From NCBI GenBank assembly GCA_964615975.1, contig CAZTTH010000008.1, positions 13,814 to 77,813 of the forward strand: a DNA stretch of 64,000 nucleotides. The letters are read 5' to 3'. Of this stretch, positions 27,461-38,375 are shown one piece after another. Below the pieces are notes generated by a model. The model worked only from the letters and a program-made list of their open reading frames with translations. It was not told the origin of the DNA and ran no database searches. Both the position numbers and the translations under genes were made by a program. Source of the stretch: an uncultured Lentisphaerales bacterium (lineage in GTDB: Bacteria > Verrucomicrobiota > Lentisphaeria > JABSQK01 > JAJFLO01). Each line of letters opens with the position of its first letter. The stretch's first letter is position 1.

Positions 27461-28402
27461 TTAATGGTATTTTAATGGCGGCAAGGCGTTTTCGATGGTA
27501 GCGCGCTGTAATTCCAGCCAGGGCGGTAGTTTGAGATGGCCTCCTAATTCCGCGAGGGTTTCATCAACAGTGAATCCAGGCGGATCAGTGGCGATTTCAA
27601 AGAGAATATTATTGGGCTCGCGAAAATAAATCGAGTGAAAATATTGCCGATCGATAATCGGACTGACGTTATAACCATGCCTGATTAATTGATTCCGGAG
27701 TTGAAATTGTTTCTCTGCATCACGAACGCGAAACGCGATATGATGAATAGTCCCGATGCCGATTTGACCGTTTCTACCCGTCGGCTGTGATACCACATCC
27801 ACCATGGATCCTGGACCACCACTACCTGATTCATAACGCTGTCGATTACCCTCACAGTCAATCAGTCGAAAACCTAAAAGCTCGGTTAAAAGAAGTGTTG
27901 TGCGTTCATCATCAGTAACCGTCAAAACCGCATGATGAAATCCACGAATCACATGCTCAGCCGGAATATCATATGACGCCCATGTCTGACGGGATTCCTT
28001 CACTGAGGCCACCAATTCGATCGGCAATCCATCCGGATCATGAAACGTGATGCAGTCATCCTCAAAACGTGTTATCGGACCGGCAAAGGATATCATATTT
28101 TCCTGAAGCCGGTTGACCCAAAATTGGAGCGACTGCGGCGGGATTGAATAGGCGGTCACAGTAGTTTGACCAGTACCGGCGTTTCCGCGGTATCCATTCC
28201 TGGTCCAGGGAAAGAAGGTAACGATGGAACCGGGATTTCCGGAATAGTCGCCATAGTAAAGATGGAAGGTGCCTGGGTCATCGAAATTAATCGTTTTTTT
28301 GACCAGTCTCAATCCCAACACATGCGCATAAAAATCGACATTTTCCTGAGCGTCTCCGGCAATCGCGGTAAGATGATGAATCCCCTGTACAAGTGCGGTC
28401 AT
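27461..28402 (-). CDS. Ring-cleaving extradiol-type dioxygenase of the VOC superfamily (MhqO-like)
   Basis: Tandem VOC modules (IHHLTAIAGD...; FHHAVLTVTD...; IHHIAFRVRD). Confidence 0.6.
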   Translation of the reverse strand: MTALVQGIHHLTAIAGDAQENVDFYAHVLGLRLVKKTINFDDPGTFHLYYGDYSGNPGSIVTFFPWTRNGYRGNAGTGQTTVTAYSIPPQSLQFWVNRLQENMISFAGPITRFEDDCITFHDPDGLPIELVASVKESRQTWASYDIPAEHVIRGFHHAVLTVTDDERTTLLLTELLGFRLIDCEGNRQRYESGSGGPGSMVDVVSQPTGRNGQIGIGTIHHIAFRVRDAEKQFQLRNQLIRHGYNVSPIIDRQYFHSIYFREPNNILFEIATDPPGFTVDETLAELGGHLKLPPWLELQRATIENALPPLKYH

Positions 28403-28462
28403 CTTATGCCTGGTGCTATTCGCGCTGCTGGATGGGATGGTTTCAACAGAACGATAACCTAA

Positions 28463-29557
28463 TCACCCGCGCATCGGCATGATCACATAGAGAAACCCTT
28501 CATCACCCAGAATTACCACGGGTTTGAATTCGTCGTTAAACCGCAGGGTCAGATCATCACACTCAAGATTTTTCAATGGTTCCTTGATAAACAGAGGATT
28601 AAAATTGATAATTACAGGGTCACCGACATATGCGACCGTGATTGGTTCTTCAGCCTCGCCAATCTCGGCAGACATTGCGCTCAATATCATCAAATCGTTT
28701 CCGAGCTTCATCTTCACTGACGCGCTGCCATCATTGAGAACCATGGAGACACGATTCATTACTTCAGAGAATTCTTCACGTGGAAGTATAACCGAATTAT
28801 TGAAAGAAGCCGGAATGACCTGGCGATAATTGGGATAAGTGCCATCAACTAATTTTGATGTCAAAATCGTCCCTGGTATAATAAATTGAACATACGATTG
28901 TGAGAGTTTTATAATAATCTCCCCCTCGGATTCAAGAAGTTTCTGGAGTTCATTTACCACTTTGGTCGGCATGATGATATCACTGTCGATGAGGTTCTTG
29001 TTGGAATCGAAAACTTTTTCGACCATGGCCAGACGCCGTCCATCGGTTGCCACTGTTGTCATGGTACAATCACGGATGCTGAGGAGAATGCCATTTAAAA
29101 CCACGCGGCTGGGATCATTGCTCATGGCATATGAAATTTTACGCAGGTTCTTGGCCAGCTCGAGTTTTTGCAGAATGATTTCCTGTTCACCGTCAAATTC
29201 GATTTGTTTGGGGAACGAGGCCGGATCCAATCCCATGATTTTAAATAAGGCCCGCCCGCATGAAATGGTGGTAATTAACTGGTCATTGGTATCCAGGGTG
29301 ACGATACCATCGGGAAATGTCCCAACTATCTGGGCAAACTTTTTTGCGGGAATGGTCGTTTGTCCGGATTTTTCAACCGTGGCATCGATGGTTGTGACAA
29401 TGGTAATTTCATTATCAGAGGTGGTCAGCCATAACTGATTGTCTTTGGTTTCCAATAAGACGTTATTCAAAATTGCCATGGTGGTCCGATTGGCGACGAC
29501 ATTCAATACCTTTTTCAAGGCGTCATTGAGTAATTTCGAAGGTACAAGTAACCTCAT
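28463..29557 (-). CDS. dnaN: DNA polymerase III beta sliding clamp
   Basis: 364 aa with three-domain clamp architecture. The C-terminus ..LGDEGFLYVIMPMRG is typical. Confidence 0.85.
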   Translation of the reverse strand: MRLLVPSKLLNDALKKVLNVVANRTTMAILNNVLLETKDNQLWLTTSDNEITIVTTIDATVEKSGQTTIPAKKFAQIVGTFPDGIVTLDTNDQLITTISCGRALFKIMGLDPASFPKQIEFDGEQEIILQKLELAKNLRKISYAMSNDPSRVVLNGILLSIRDCTMTTVATDGRRLAMVEKVFDSNKNLIDSDIIMPTKVVNELQKLLESEGEIIIKLSQSYVQFIIPGTILTSKLVDGTYPNYRQVIPASFNNSVILPREEFSEVMNRVSMVLNDGSASVKMKLGNDLMILSAMSAEIGEAEEPITVAYVGDPVIINFNPLFIKEPLKNLECDDLTLRFNDEFKPVVILGDEGFLYVIMPMRG

Positions 29558-29901
29558 GTTAAATCCCCGTGTTAGCGATTGAGAGCAGTTATTGGTTTAG
29601 TGATAATTGTTAATATAAGTATTGGTATAATAAACTTTAAACTTAATATTATAAGCTGTTAGTATGTTGACAAATTTTCCTTCTTATTGAAATTCAAACC
29701 AGTTACGTCAGAATATACCTGTTTATAACCCTATTCATAGTTTTAGCCGATTTGTTGATAGATTGGTTATTGATATTTTATTAACAACTTGTTTTAATTA
29801 TATCAAATGCATCTTTTGACGCGTGGCTGCGGTTTGATGTCACCAATCAGTGGTGAATGGTTTGAGTCAATTCAATTTATGGTATCTTATACTTACATCT
29901 T

Positions 29902-30543
29902 ATGACAGCAAATGATATCGATTCATTATTATTGAGATTTCCTGAATTACATTCCTGCCAGGTGGATATCGATATGGCATTAAAAACCATGATTTTGGTG
30001 CTGGAAAGTGATGGCCATATTTACATATGTGGAAATGGCGGGAGTGCTGCGGATGCCGAACACATGACCACGGAGTTGGTGAAGAGTTTTGTAATGCCAC
30101 GACCACTTGATGAGGATTTTCAGGTGCGATTATGTGAGGATTTTCACGAGACTGGCCGGTATTTAGCCACTCACCTGGAGAATGGATTGCGAGTATCATC
30201 GTTAACCAGTAATGCGGCGTTTATCACTGCCATGTCCAATGATGTGGGGGCTGATCTGATTTTTGCCCAACAGATTCTGGCTTTGGGAAAAAAAGGAGAT
30301 TTACTGATTTGTATCAGCACCTCAGGGAACTCAGCCAACGTGTGTCACGCCGCGCGGGTGGCGAAAACCATAGGGATGAAAACTGGAGCATTAACCGGGA
30401 GGAAGGGAGGAACAATTGCCACGATCTGCGATTGGTCCATCAAGGTTCCTGTGACTGAAACTTATCGGATTCAGGAGCTTCATTTACCGGTATATCACTT
30501 TCTATCGGCTGCGATGGAAAATCACTTTTTTGCTAATAACTAA
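29902..30543 (+). CDS. SIS-domain phosphoheptose isomerase / DiaA-like protein
   Basis: [16 protein letters not shown] and ISTSGNS motifs. Confidence 0.65.
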   Translation: MTANDIDSLLLRFPELHSCQVDIDMALKTMILVLESDGHIYICGNGGSAADAEHMTTELVKSFVMPRPLDEDFQVRLCEDFHETGRYLATHLENGLRVSSLTSNAAFITAMSNDVGADLIFAQQILALGKKGDLLICISTSGNSANVCHAARVAKTIGMKTGALTGRKGGTIATICDWSIKVPVTETYRIQELHLPVYHFLSAAMENHFFANN

Positions 30544-30557
30544 CTGAGGAGGTCAAT

Positions 30558-31628
30558 ATGGCAATCGAAATGAGTGATTTGTTGCAATTAATTTTGGATG
30601 AAGGAGGGAGCGATCTTCATATTTCAACGAATGTTCCGCCTGCCATCCGTATGAATGGCAAAATGGTGTGTCTTGATGCCGATCCATTGACTCCGGAAGA
30701 TTCAGAACGGCTAATGAAATCAGTAACATCCGAGCCGAATCAACAGAAGATCAGGCAACAGGGGGGATGTGATTTTGGCTTTGCCTTTGGCGATCAGGCA
30801 CGCTTTCGTGTCAGTGTACTCAAGCAGAAAGGGGCGATCGGCATGGTGCTCCGCGTGATCCCCAATAAGCTGCTCACCATGGAACAAATCGGTCTGCCCC
30901 CCATGATCAAGGATTTGCTCTTCCGTCCACGCGGATTGGTACTCGTGACTGGACCGACGGGGAGCGGTAAATCCACCACCCTGGCTTCAATGATTAATAT
31001 TATTAATGAAGAACGAGATGATCACATCATCACCATCGAGGATCCAATTGAATTTTATCATCCCCATAAAAAATGCATTGTCACCCAACGCGAGGTCGGC
31101 GTCGATGTGCCATCATTTGCCGAAGCCTTGCGCCGCGCCCTGCGGCAGGACCCGGATATCATCCTGGTGGGAGAAATGCGCGATCTGGAAACCATTGAGG
31201 CTGCTGTCTCCGCCGCGGAAACCGGACATTTGGTCTTTGGCACTCTCCACACCACGGGCGCCGCTGAAACCATTGATCGCATAGTGGATGCCTTTCCCAG
31301 CACTCAACAGGAACAAATTCGGACGCAGTTGGCCTCTTCGATCGTTGCTGTCATCTCCCAAGTGTTGATGCCAAGATCCGATAAACCCGGACGGGTTGCC
31401 GGCTTCGAGATCATGGTGAACACACCGTCCATCAAAGCATTGATTCGGGATGGAAAAACCTTTCGTATCACCTCGGATATTCAGACCGGAGCCAAATTTG
31501 GCATGAATACATTGGATGCTCATCTAACCAGTCTTTACGAGAAAAATATGATCACTTATGGTGAATTGATCACGAAATGCAAAGACCCTCAGGGTATCAT
31601 TCAAAGTTTGCAGGGAAGTAAAAATTAG
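30558..31628 (+). CDS. pilT: Type IV pilus retraction ATPase PilT
   Basis: Walker [10 protein letters not shown], and the twitching-motility family N-terminus ([16 protein letters not shown]). Confidence 0.85.
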   Translation: MAIEMSDLLQLILDEGGSDLHISTNVPPAIRMNGKMVCLDADPLTPEDSERLMKSVTSEPNQQKIRQQGGCDFGFAFGDQARFRVSVLKQKGAIGMVLRVIPNKLLTMEQIGLPPMIKDLLFRPRGLVLVTGPTGSGKSTTLASMINIINEERDDHIITIEDPIEFYHPHKKCIVTQREVGVDVPSFAEALRRALRQDPDIILVGEMRDLETIEAAVSAAETGHLVFGTLHTTGAAETIDRIVDAFPSTQQEQIRTQLASSIVAVISQVLMPRSDKPGRVAGFEIMVNTPSIKALIRDGKTFRITSDIQTGAKFGMNTLDAHLTSLYEKNMITYGELITKCKDPQGIIQSLQGSKN

Positions 31629-31718
31629 TATAAAGTAGATTTTGCTGTAAGATATGTATCGGACCAGCCGCAACTGTGGCGTAATTTCCGACTTAATTAT
31701 TTATTTGGAGCGTGGTTT

Positions 31719-32984
31719 ATGCCAAAATTCAACTATGTCGCAATGGACGGTCAGGGAAAGGAACAAAAAGGGACGCTTGATGCCGATAATGAAAATGATG
31801 CCTCATCAAAATTAAAAGAAAAAGGCCTTTTTCCTACCAGTATTAACGAAGAAAAAGGCTCAGGAGGAGGCAAGGGAGGCGCGGCTAAATCCCGTACCAC
31901 GGGTAAGAAAAAAGGGATCAACATTTCTCTTGGTTCCCCAACCATAAGCATCAAAATATTATGCCAATTTACCCGGCAATTGGCGACCTTATTGGATGCG
32001 GGGCTGCCGCTTCTCAGAGCCTTGAGAACATTGGAAAAGCAGGCTCCCGATAAAAATGCCAAAAAAGTATTTGGCGATATCGCCGAGAGTGTTGAAGGCG
32101 GCAAGACCTTTTCTGAAGCGTTGATGAAACATCCCAAATCTTATAACAAACTTTATGTCAACATGATCAGGGCTGGTGAAGCTTCCGGCGCCATGGAATC
32201 AGTGTTGAACCGGCTGGCTGAATTCATGGAGAAATCGGCAAAATTAAAAGCGAAAGTCAAAGCCGCGATGACCTATCCGTTGGCGGTATTGTTTATCGCG
32301 GGCGGCATCACCTCTGGGTTGATGGTCTTCATTGTACCAAAATTCGCCAAAATGTTTGATGAAATGTTAGCCGGAGAACCCTTGCCTGGCCTGACACAAT
32401 TCGTTATGGGCATCAGCAATGTCATGAGTCATTATGCCATTCATGCGGCCGTGGGTGCGTTTGTCGGCTGGATAATTTTCAAGCAACTTATGAAAACCAA
32501 ATTAGGATCTTATTTATTTGATCTGATTGTCATCAAATGTCCGCCCTTCAGCGGATTGGTCGTCAAGGTTTCTGTCGCCCGGTTTTGTTCAACTCTAGGG
32601 ACATTAATGAGCTCGGGAGTGTCGATTTTAAATGCCTTGTTAATCGTGCGCGACACAACCGCAAATCAATTGATCGCCAATGCCGTGCAGGTTACCCATG
32701 ATGCCGTCGCTGAAGGGGAAGGGGTAACCAGACCCTTGGAATCAGCAAAAATATTTCCGGGAATGGTCATCAGCATGATCGAGGTGGGCGAGGAAACCGG
32801 CGCCTTGCCGGACATGTTGGCTCGAGTTGCCAAAACCTATGAAGAAGAAGTCGATTTGGCAGTCGATGCGTTGACATCATTGATCGAGCCGCTGATGATC
32901 TGTTTTTTGGCTGTGGTTGTCGGCGGTATTGTCATCGCGCTCTTCATGCCCCTGATCAAACTGATAGATTCACTGGGCGGATAA
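31719..32984 (+). CDS. pilC: Type IV pilus assembly platform protein PilC (GspF family)
   Basis: Two GspF repeats (..LLRALRTLEKQAP.., ..LPDMLARVAKTYEEE..). Confidence 0.8.
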   Translation: MPKFNYVAMDGQGKEQKGTLDADNENDASSKLKEKGLFPTSINEEKGSGGGKGGAAKSRTTGKKKGINISLGSPTISIKILCQFTRQLATLLDAGLPLLRALRTLEKQAPDKNAKKVFGDIAESVEGGKTFSEALMKHPKSYNKLYVNMIRAGEASGAMESVLNRLAEFMEKSAKLKAKVKAAMTYPLAVLFIAGGITSGLMVFIVPKFAKMFDEMLAGEPLPGLTQFVMGISNVMSHYAIHAAVGAFVGWIIFKQLMKTKLGSYLFDLIVIKCPPFSGLVVKVSVARFCSTLGTLMSSGVSILNALLIVRDTTANQLIANAVQVTHDAVAEGEGVTRPLESAKIFPGMVISMIEVGEETGALPDMLARVAKTYEEEVDLAVDALTSLIEPLMICFLAVVVGGIVIALFMPLIKLIDSLGG

Positions 32985-32998
32985 TCGTCCTGCGGTAT

Positions 32999-33952
32999 TT
33001 ACTTGGTTTGTAATCCGATACGAACTTCCAGGGTTAGCGGGGTGATTTCCAGCGGGACACAATCATTGGCATCGACCCAAAGGTGAACCGGAAGTCGGCA
33101 GGTGCCAATCGTGGATATCTTTGAGATATCAATGAATGGACGCAGCGACGAATTGCTCAAGGCGTCCATTACCCCTTTGGGGCCATTGACCACTGCTTCC
33201 GCCTTGAGAGACCCTCCCGATAAAATCTCCGCCACGTAAAAATCCTTGTTTGAGGAATTCATTATGGCAATGTCAAGATCACTGAATAATTTGGAATCTC
33301 GCATCTTATAAAGCTCGACAGTGACTTTGACTTTTTCCGGTGTGATGGTGACCTGAGGGAGTTTCTCGAGGGCGATTTCGATTTCAAAATCCTGCATGAT
33401 CGATTTATCCAGCTTGATTGGCTCGGTGGTAATATCTCTGATACCCCTGATGGTTTTGGAGGGTCCGGTTATTTGCACGATCTTGGGGACAATGATCAGG
33501 TTTTTCCGTCCATAATCCTCCGGTAATTGACCATCAAAACGACATCGGATGGGCACGGAATCCTTGGTTTCAACCTGATCAATATAAACGTGGAATGAAT
33601 TGGGTTGAATATCAACCACTTCCATATGACCGGGTAATTCGATATTTTTGTCCCTTAACTGCACGGTATAGCGTCCGTTGGTGGCTTCTTCGCTTATCTG
33701 ACCAAAAACTTTGATATCGGCATTGGTCATATTTTTCAACCGCTTTTTTGACCCTTTAACCGTGACATTTACTTTGGGTAATTCCTGTTCGCCGACAGTG
33801 ATTGATTTGTTATGTTTCAAGGTGATGGGGATATCGCGATACACTTCTTCTTCGCTCAATTGTTTATGGACGGAATACCAGATGAGGAAAGCGCAGGTAA
33901 ATGCCATAAGTTTCCGTGGCAAGTCGATGCGAAGCGGCCCATGCAATTTCAT
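32999..33952 (-). CDS. cdaR: YbbR-domain protein CdaR (diadenylate cyclase regulator)
   Basis: Repeated YbbR-like beta domains. Its ATGA overlap with cdaA implies translational coupling. Confidence 0.6.
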   Translation of the reverse strand: MKLHGPLRIDLPRKLMAFTCAFLIWYSVHKQLSEEEVYRDIPITLKHNKSITVGEQELPKVNVTVKGSKKRLKNMTNADIKVFGQISEEATNGRYTVQLRDKNIELPGHMEVVDIQPNSFHVYIDQVETKDSVPIRCRFDGQLPEDYGRKNLIIVPKIVQITGPSKTIRGIRDITTEPIKLDKSIMQDFEIEIALEKLPQVTITPEKVKVTVELYKMRDSKLFSDLDIAIMNSSNKDFYVAEILSGGSLKAEAVVNGPKGVMDALSNSSLRPFIDISKISTIGTCRLPVHLWVDANDCVPLEITPLTLEVRIGLQTK

Positions 33953-34851
33953 GACGATTTTTCCTTTTCCATGTTTTTCATGACCGGCAAGGACTTGACG
34001 ATTGAGGTGATTTGGGATTTTAAGTCGATTGATTTCCCTGCCAGAACGATTCCGGTCTTATCTTTTTTTACCAGATAATTGAGGAGGTGACGCCCCAGTC
34101 TCTCCGCGTTAATATTGCGCACCAACTTGCCTTTGTGTGCCAGGCTGACAAAACCCTCTTCTTCCGAGACAATGATCGAGACGGCATCAGTTTCTTCCGT
34201 GATCCCGACCCCGGCGCGATGTCGGGTCCCCATGGATTTGCCAATTTCAGCCTGAGTCAGAGGAAAAAAGCATGCAGCCGAGAGGATGATGCCGTTTTTA
34301 ATCACGACCGCGCCATCATGAAGGGGCGTATTGGGATAAAAAATCGTCGAGAGCAATTCAGAGGATACGGGCGCATTGATCTTGACCCCGGCTTCGGTGT
34401 AAAACCGCATGCCGATATCCCTTTCGATGGTAATCAAAGCGCCGATCTTTTTTTCCGCCAGGCTATAGGCGGAGTGAATCAATGCGTTGATGGTTTCTTC
34501 TTTCGTTTTAGCCGTGCTGATCAAGCGGTGAGGATTGACTCCGATTTCGGCAAATACACTGCGAATTTCGGGTTGAAAGATGATCAACAGCGCAAAAAAC
34601 ATTAATGCGGGGAGCTTGGCGATAATCCACTCAATGACTTCCAATCCGAAAATCTGAGAAAGGATCCACCCGCTGAGAATGGTAATGACAATTCCCACCA
34701 GTATGGGTTCCGCGCGGGTCCCTTTCAAAAACAATAAAACCGTGTAGATAATAACCGTCAGTAATCCGATCTGAATTATAAATTGCACCATTTCGCGCAA
34801 AGGCGTCCAGTATCTTCCGAAATACTCGATTGCGGTTACCAGGTTTTCCAT
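33949..34851 (-). CDS. cdaA: Membrane-anchored diadenylate cyclase CdaA
   Basis: Three N-terminal TM helices, then a DAC domain with DGA and RHRAG motifs. Confidence 0.8.
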   Translation of the reverse strand: MENLVTAIEYFGRYWTPLREMVQFIIQIGLLTVIIYTVLLFLKGTRAEPILVGIVITILSGWILSQIFGLEVIEWIIAKLPALMFFALLIIFQPEIRSVFAEIGVNPHRLISTAKTKEETINALIHSAYSLAEKKIGALITIERDIGMRFYTEAGVKINAPVSSELLSTIFYPNTPLHDGAVVIKNGIILSAACFFPLTQAEIGKSMGTRHRAGVGITEETDAVSIIVSEEEGFVSLAHKGKLVRNINAERLGRHLLNYLVKKDKTGIVLAGKSIDLKSQITSIVKSLPVMKNMEKEKSS

Positions 34852-34881
34852 AAGTAGGGTGCGATTAAAAATCCAGTGTTA

Positions 34882-35448
34882 TCATGATTCAATGAGTGTG
34901 CAAGCCTTTTGATGCTCCGTATGCAAAATTCCAATATAGGGCAGCTGGCGATAATATTCATTATAATCCAAGCCATAGCCAATTACGAACTGATCATCAA
35001 TCGAAAAGCCCTGATAGTCTGGGATTATTGCCGGCGGGGTGTGGCGTTTCTTATTTAATAATACACAGCAGCGCAAGCTGTCAGGGTGATGTAACGCAAA
35101 ATCCTTCATGAGCGCGTCCAGGGTAAAACCAGTATCCAAAATGTCATCGATGATCAGTACATGTCGGTGGTGCAGCGGCAGTTTTAAGTCTGAGCGAACG
35201 TTGAGGGCGCCTGTGCTCGCGGTTCCTCGATAGGAGGAAACCGGGTAGACATCGTAGCGGATGGAAATGGTCAGCTTGCGGATCAGATCGGCGGCAAAGA
35301 CTATGGCGCCGTTGGCGATAATAACAAGATCAAGAATTTTACCATCGTAATCCGTGCTTAACTGGGCCGCAAGTTCACTCGTCCGGGCACGCAATGCTGC
35401 CGCGGTTATCAGCGGTTTGATTTGGCGATTATCTAGAGGATGTATCAT
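34882..35448 (-). CDS. hpt: Hypoxanthine phosphoribosyltransferase
   Basis: PRPP-binding motif VLIIDDILDTGFTL. ATG at 35448 is preferred over the track's GTG at 35469. Confidence 0.8.
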   Translation of the reverse strand: MIHPLDNRQIKPLITAAALRARTSELAAQLSTDYDGKILDLVIIANGAIVFAADLIRKLTISIRYDVYPVSSYRGTASTGALNVRSDLKLPLHHRHVLIIDDILDTGFTLDALMKDFALHHPDSLRCCVLLNKKRHTPPAIIPDYQGFSIDDQFVIGYGLDYNEYYRQLPYIGILHTEHQKACTLIES

Positions 35449-35603
35449 GGTAATGAAAATAGACTGCACGCAGTCGAATTTATGAACATCGTCGTTCCAA
35501 TCAGGCTGGTAATCGTGTGATCTTGTTCTAAAACCTGATTATGTTTAGTAGATTTGTCAGCAATACAACTTGAAACCTAACGCCAATATTCCCGGATGTA
35601 ATC

Positions 35604-36794
35604 ATGAATACCGATAATAAACGAGGTAAATATATCTATTTCGACAATGCCGCGTCGACTCCGATGGTTCCCTGCCAGCGAGCGGATTATCTTCAGCTCC
35701 TGTCTGATTATTATGCCAACCCAACTGCGCTGCATAAGCTGGGACGTTCCATAAAGAATGAGATTTCTCGAAGCGAAGAAATGTTTCTCCGGCAACCGGG
35801 ATTTGAAAATGAAAAAGTAAATATCATCTGGACCAGTGGCGCCACGGAAGCCAATAATTTGGCGATACTTGGTTATGCCGCCACCTTCAAAAAGGCGGCG
35901 GATTTCACCGCGGTCAGCCTAAAGACCGAACATGCGTCCATTTATCAACCGCTTCTGTATCTTCAGGGACGTGGAGCGCAGGTGAAATGGGCTGCAATCG
36001 ATAACCATGGCCATATGGATGTCAATCATTTTGCTGAGATGCTCGATCATAAAACCAATTTAATCGCACTCTCCGCAGTCAATAATGAGATCGGTGTCAT
36101 GGCGGATTTGACGGCACTGAGAAATATGATTTCCTTACATGCGCCCGAAGCCAGATTGCTTGTTGATGGTGTTCAGTCGATGGGAAAATTTCTCCTCCCC
36201 TGGCATGCGGCAGGTATTGATATGCTGACGCTTTCTGGTCACAAGATCCACGGGCCAGGTGGTATCGGAGCCTTATTGACACGTCAGGATCGGGTCACAT
36301 TACACCCCTTATTCCACGGCGGTGAACAGCAGGATGGCATTCGTTCCGGCAGTCTCGATGCGCCGGCGATTCTCGGCTTCCTGAATACGGCCGCCTGCTG
36401 GCATACCCGATGGCGGCAGGAATCGGAACAACGCGTTATCAAACTTCGTGAATTATTGCTTGACGGATTAACCCGCATGAAGGATGCGCGAGGCAGCCAG
36501 ATCGAATGCCACATCAACTCTCCTGAAAATGCTTCTCCCTATATAATCAGCCTGAGTTTTCCGCACTACGATGGCGCGGTATTGATGCGGATGCTGGGAG
36601 AACAGGATATCATTGTCGGAACCGGCAGCGCTTGCGCCGCCGGCGCTAAAAAGCCCAACCGGGTGTTGACCGCTTTGGGATTGTCGTCGCGCCGGATTAG
36701 CGGAACCATCCGGATCAGCTTTGGCATCCAGAACACCGAAGCGGATGTACTCCGTTTTTTGGCGGCATTGGAGACCATTTTGATTCGTTATTAA
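35604..36794 (+). CDS. Cysteine desulfurase (class V aminotransferase; NifS/IscS/CsdA-type)
   Basis: PLP-lysine motif SGHKIHGPGGIGAL and C-terminal active-site Cys region (GSACAAG). Confidence 0.75.
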   Translation: MNTDNKRGKYIYFDNAASTPMVPCQRADYLQLLSDYYANPTALHKLGRSIKNEISRSEEMFLRQPGFENEKVNIIWTSGATEANNLAILGYAATFKKAADFTAVSLKTEHASIYQPLLYLQGRGAQVKWAAIDNHGHMDVNHFAEMLDHKTNLIALSAVNNEIGVMADLTALRNMISLHAPEARLLVDGVQSMGKFLLPWHAAGIDMLTLSGHKIHGPGGIGALLTRQDRVTLHPLFHGGEQQDGIRSGSLDAPAILGFLNTAACWHTRWRQESEQRVIKLRELLLDGLTRMKDARGSQIECHINSPENASPYIISLSFPHYDGAVLMRMLGEQDIIVGTGSACAAGAKKPNRVLTALGLSSRRISGTIRISFGIQNTEADVLRFLAALETILIRY

Positions 36795-36896
36795 CCGATG
36801 AGATTGGCTAAGCTGCAATGACAGCCAATTTTCAAGTGATAGTTCGATCCTATTGCAGAGCGCATTTTTGAGGATAATTGGAAGAATCGATCTCCC

Positions 36897-37622
36897 TCAG
36901 GTGCGGCGTTGATTGCCAAAAAGTTCGATGTGGGCGCGGGGCGTGTATTTCCACCCATGCTTGAAGCACATGGCAAGGCATTTTTTGCCATTGTTGGCAA
37001 GCGTTTCCGGGGTTATCCCCTGGGGCATGAGGTAGATATCGGGATCGTTGTGCGCATGCAAGTCGGCAAGAATTTGGAGGATTTCACTTTCATCATTCTC
37101 ATTGTCGATGACAAATTTAAACTGATGGGGATAATTTTTACACCAGAAACGCAGTGCTTCGGGGTGATAACGAACCTGTTGATGCAGCTCGGTATAAGGA
37201 GTATTCAATGGCGTCGAACTCGCTAATTTTGGTGATAAGGTGACAAAATCGAAAGGCAGGTAGTGCGCGATGGTGCCGTTGGTTTCCAGCATCAGGGTAA
37301 AATCATGCTGATGTAAGGCGCAAAGCAACTCTTTCAGCGCCGGTTGCAGCAATGGTTCGCCGCCGGTTATGATGATCAAGTCAATCACCGGATGGCGTGC
37401 CTGTAGTGCAAGAACCATCGCCAAGGCATTATCGACAGAAAGAAAGTTCGCTTCCGCCTGCCAGGACGTATAAGGGGTGTCACATGGGTTGGTTTGCCAC
37501 TGACAGCGGAGATTGCATCCGGAGGTGCGGATAAAAATAGCCGGATGACCAAGGTATTTTCCTTCACCCTGTATGGTCACAAAAATATCACTGATGTTGA
37601 TTTTGTCGGATGCAATCGGCAT
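36897..37622 (-). CDS. queE: 7-carboxy-7-deazaguanine synthase (radical SAM)
   Basis: IFIRTSGCNLRCQWQ radical-SAM cluster motif. Confidence 0.75.
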   Translation of the reverse strand: MPIASDKINISDIFVTIQGEGKYLGHPAIFIRTSGCNLRCQWQTNPCDTPYTSWQAEANFLSVDNALAMVLALQARHPVIDLIIITGGEPLLQPALKELLCALHQHDFTLMLETNGTIAHYLPFDFVTLSPKLASSTPLNTPYTELHQQVRYHPEALRFWCKNYPHQFKFVIDNENDESEILQILADLHAHNDPDIYLMPQGITPETLANNGKKCLAMCFKHGWKYTPRAHIELFGNQRRT

Positions 37623-37667
37623 GACGGAATAAGACTCACGCAGTTGATTATGGGGCTGGCGCTGTTT

Positions 37668-38108
37668 TCAGGCAATAAAATCTGCCCAGGAATTCGGGGT
37701 TTCATACAGACGCAGTTTGTCAATCTGCAACCGGTTGGGAAGATGGGAGACAAGCGCGCGATAACACCATCCAGAAATATTTTCAGCGGTCGGGATGAAG
37801 GGAACACTGATTGCTTTGAAATCGCCGCGATGTTGTTGATTGAAAAACTCATAGAGGATGGAATCATTTTCGTAGAACATGAACGCATGATCCAGCACAT
37901 CATGGATGTTTTCCATGATGACTTTTTTGATGTCGCCAAAATCCATGACCATTCCTTCCGAACTGTTCCCGGGTATTTCAATCAGGTCGCCATTGAGTGT
38001 CACTTCCAAACGATAGCGATGTCCATGGAGATTGCGGCATTTGCTATTGTGATTCGGAACCCGATGCCCCATATCCCATTCGATACATTTGGTTATTTTT
38101 ATCATGAT
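37668..38108 (-). CDS. queD: 6-carboxy-5,6,7,8-tetrahydropterin synthase
   Basis: CxxxHGH motif (CRNLHGHRYRLEV). The ATG at 38108 gives ~146 aa, whereas the track's TTG at 38186 adds 26 implausible residues. Confidence 0.7.
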   Translation of the reverse strand: MMIKITKCIEWDMGHRVPNHNSKCRNLHGHRYRLEVTLNGDLIEIPGNSSEGMVMDFGDIKKVIMENIHDVLDHAFMFYENDSILYEFFNQQHRGDFKAISVPFIPTAENISGWCYRALVSHLPNRLQIDKLRLYETPNSWADFIA

Positions 38109-38375
38109 CTTGAATACAATTTTTTTTATGGTGTGGTATTGTTTAAACCCTTGGTTATAATTCAATCTTGTGCGATATTCATACAAGACAATAAGGATTT
38201 ATCTGTTTGTTTACTTGGTGTGTAAGTAAATACAATTTTGCCGTTGAAATTGACAGTATAAAATCAGTCGGCTAATGTACGGCGTTTTATTTATTAATTA
38301 TGACATTAGTTGTTTTCGTGCTTGCTGGCAAGCCGGGAATAACATAATCAATAATACAGAAAAGGGGTATTATTT

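Noticed and set aside
29558-29901. AT-rich region upstream of dnaN as possible oriC
   Set aside because: No convincing DnaA boxes (TTATCCACA/TGTGGATAA) were found by eye and there is no dnaA nearby. It is probably just a divergent promoter region.
38109-38300. preQ1 riboswitch upstream of queD
   Set aside because: An A-rich tail (ataaaaaaaattg) precedes the ATG, but I could not identify the preQ1-I stem or consensus by eye. An Infernal scan is needed before any call.
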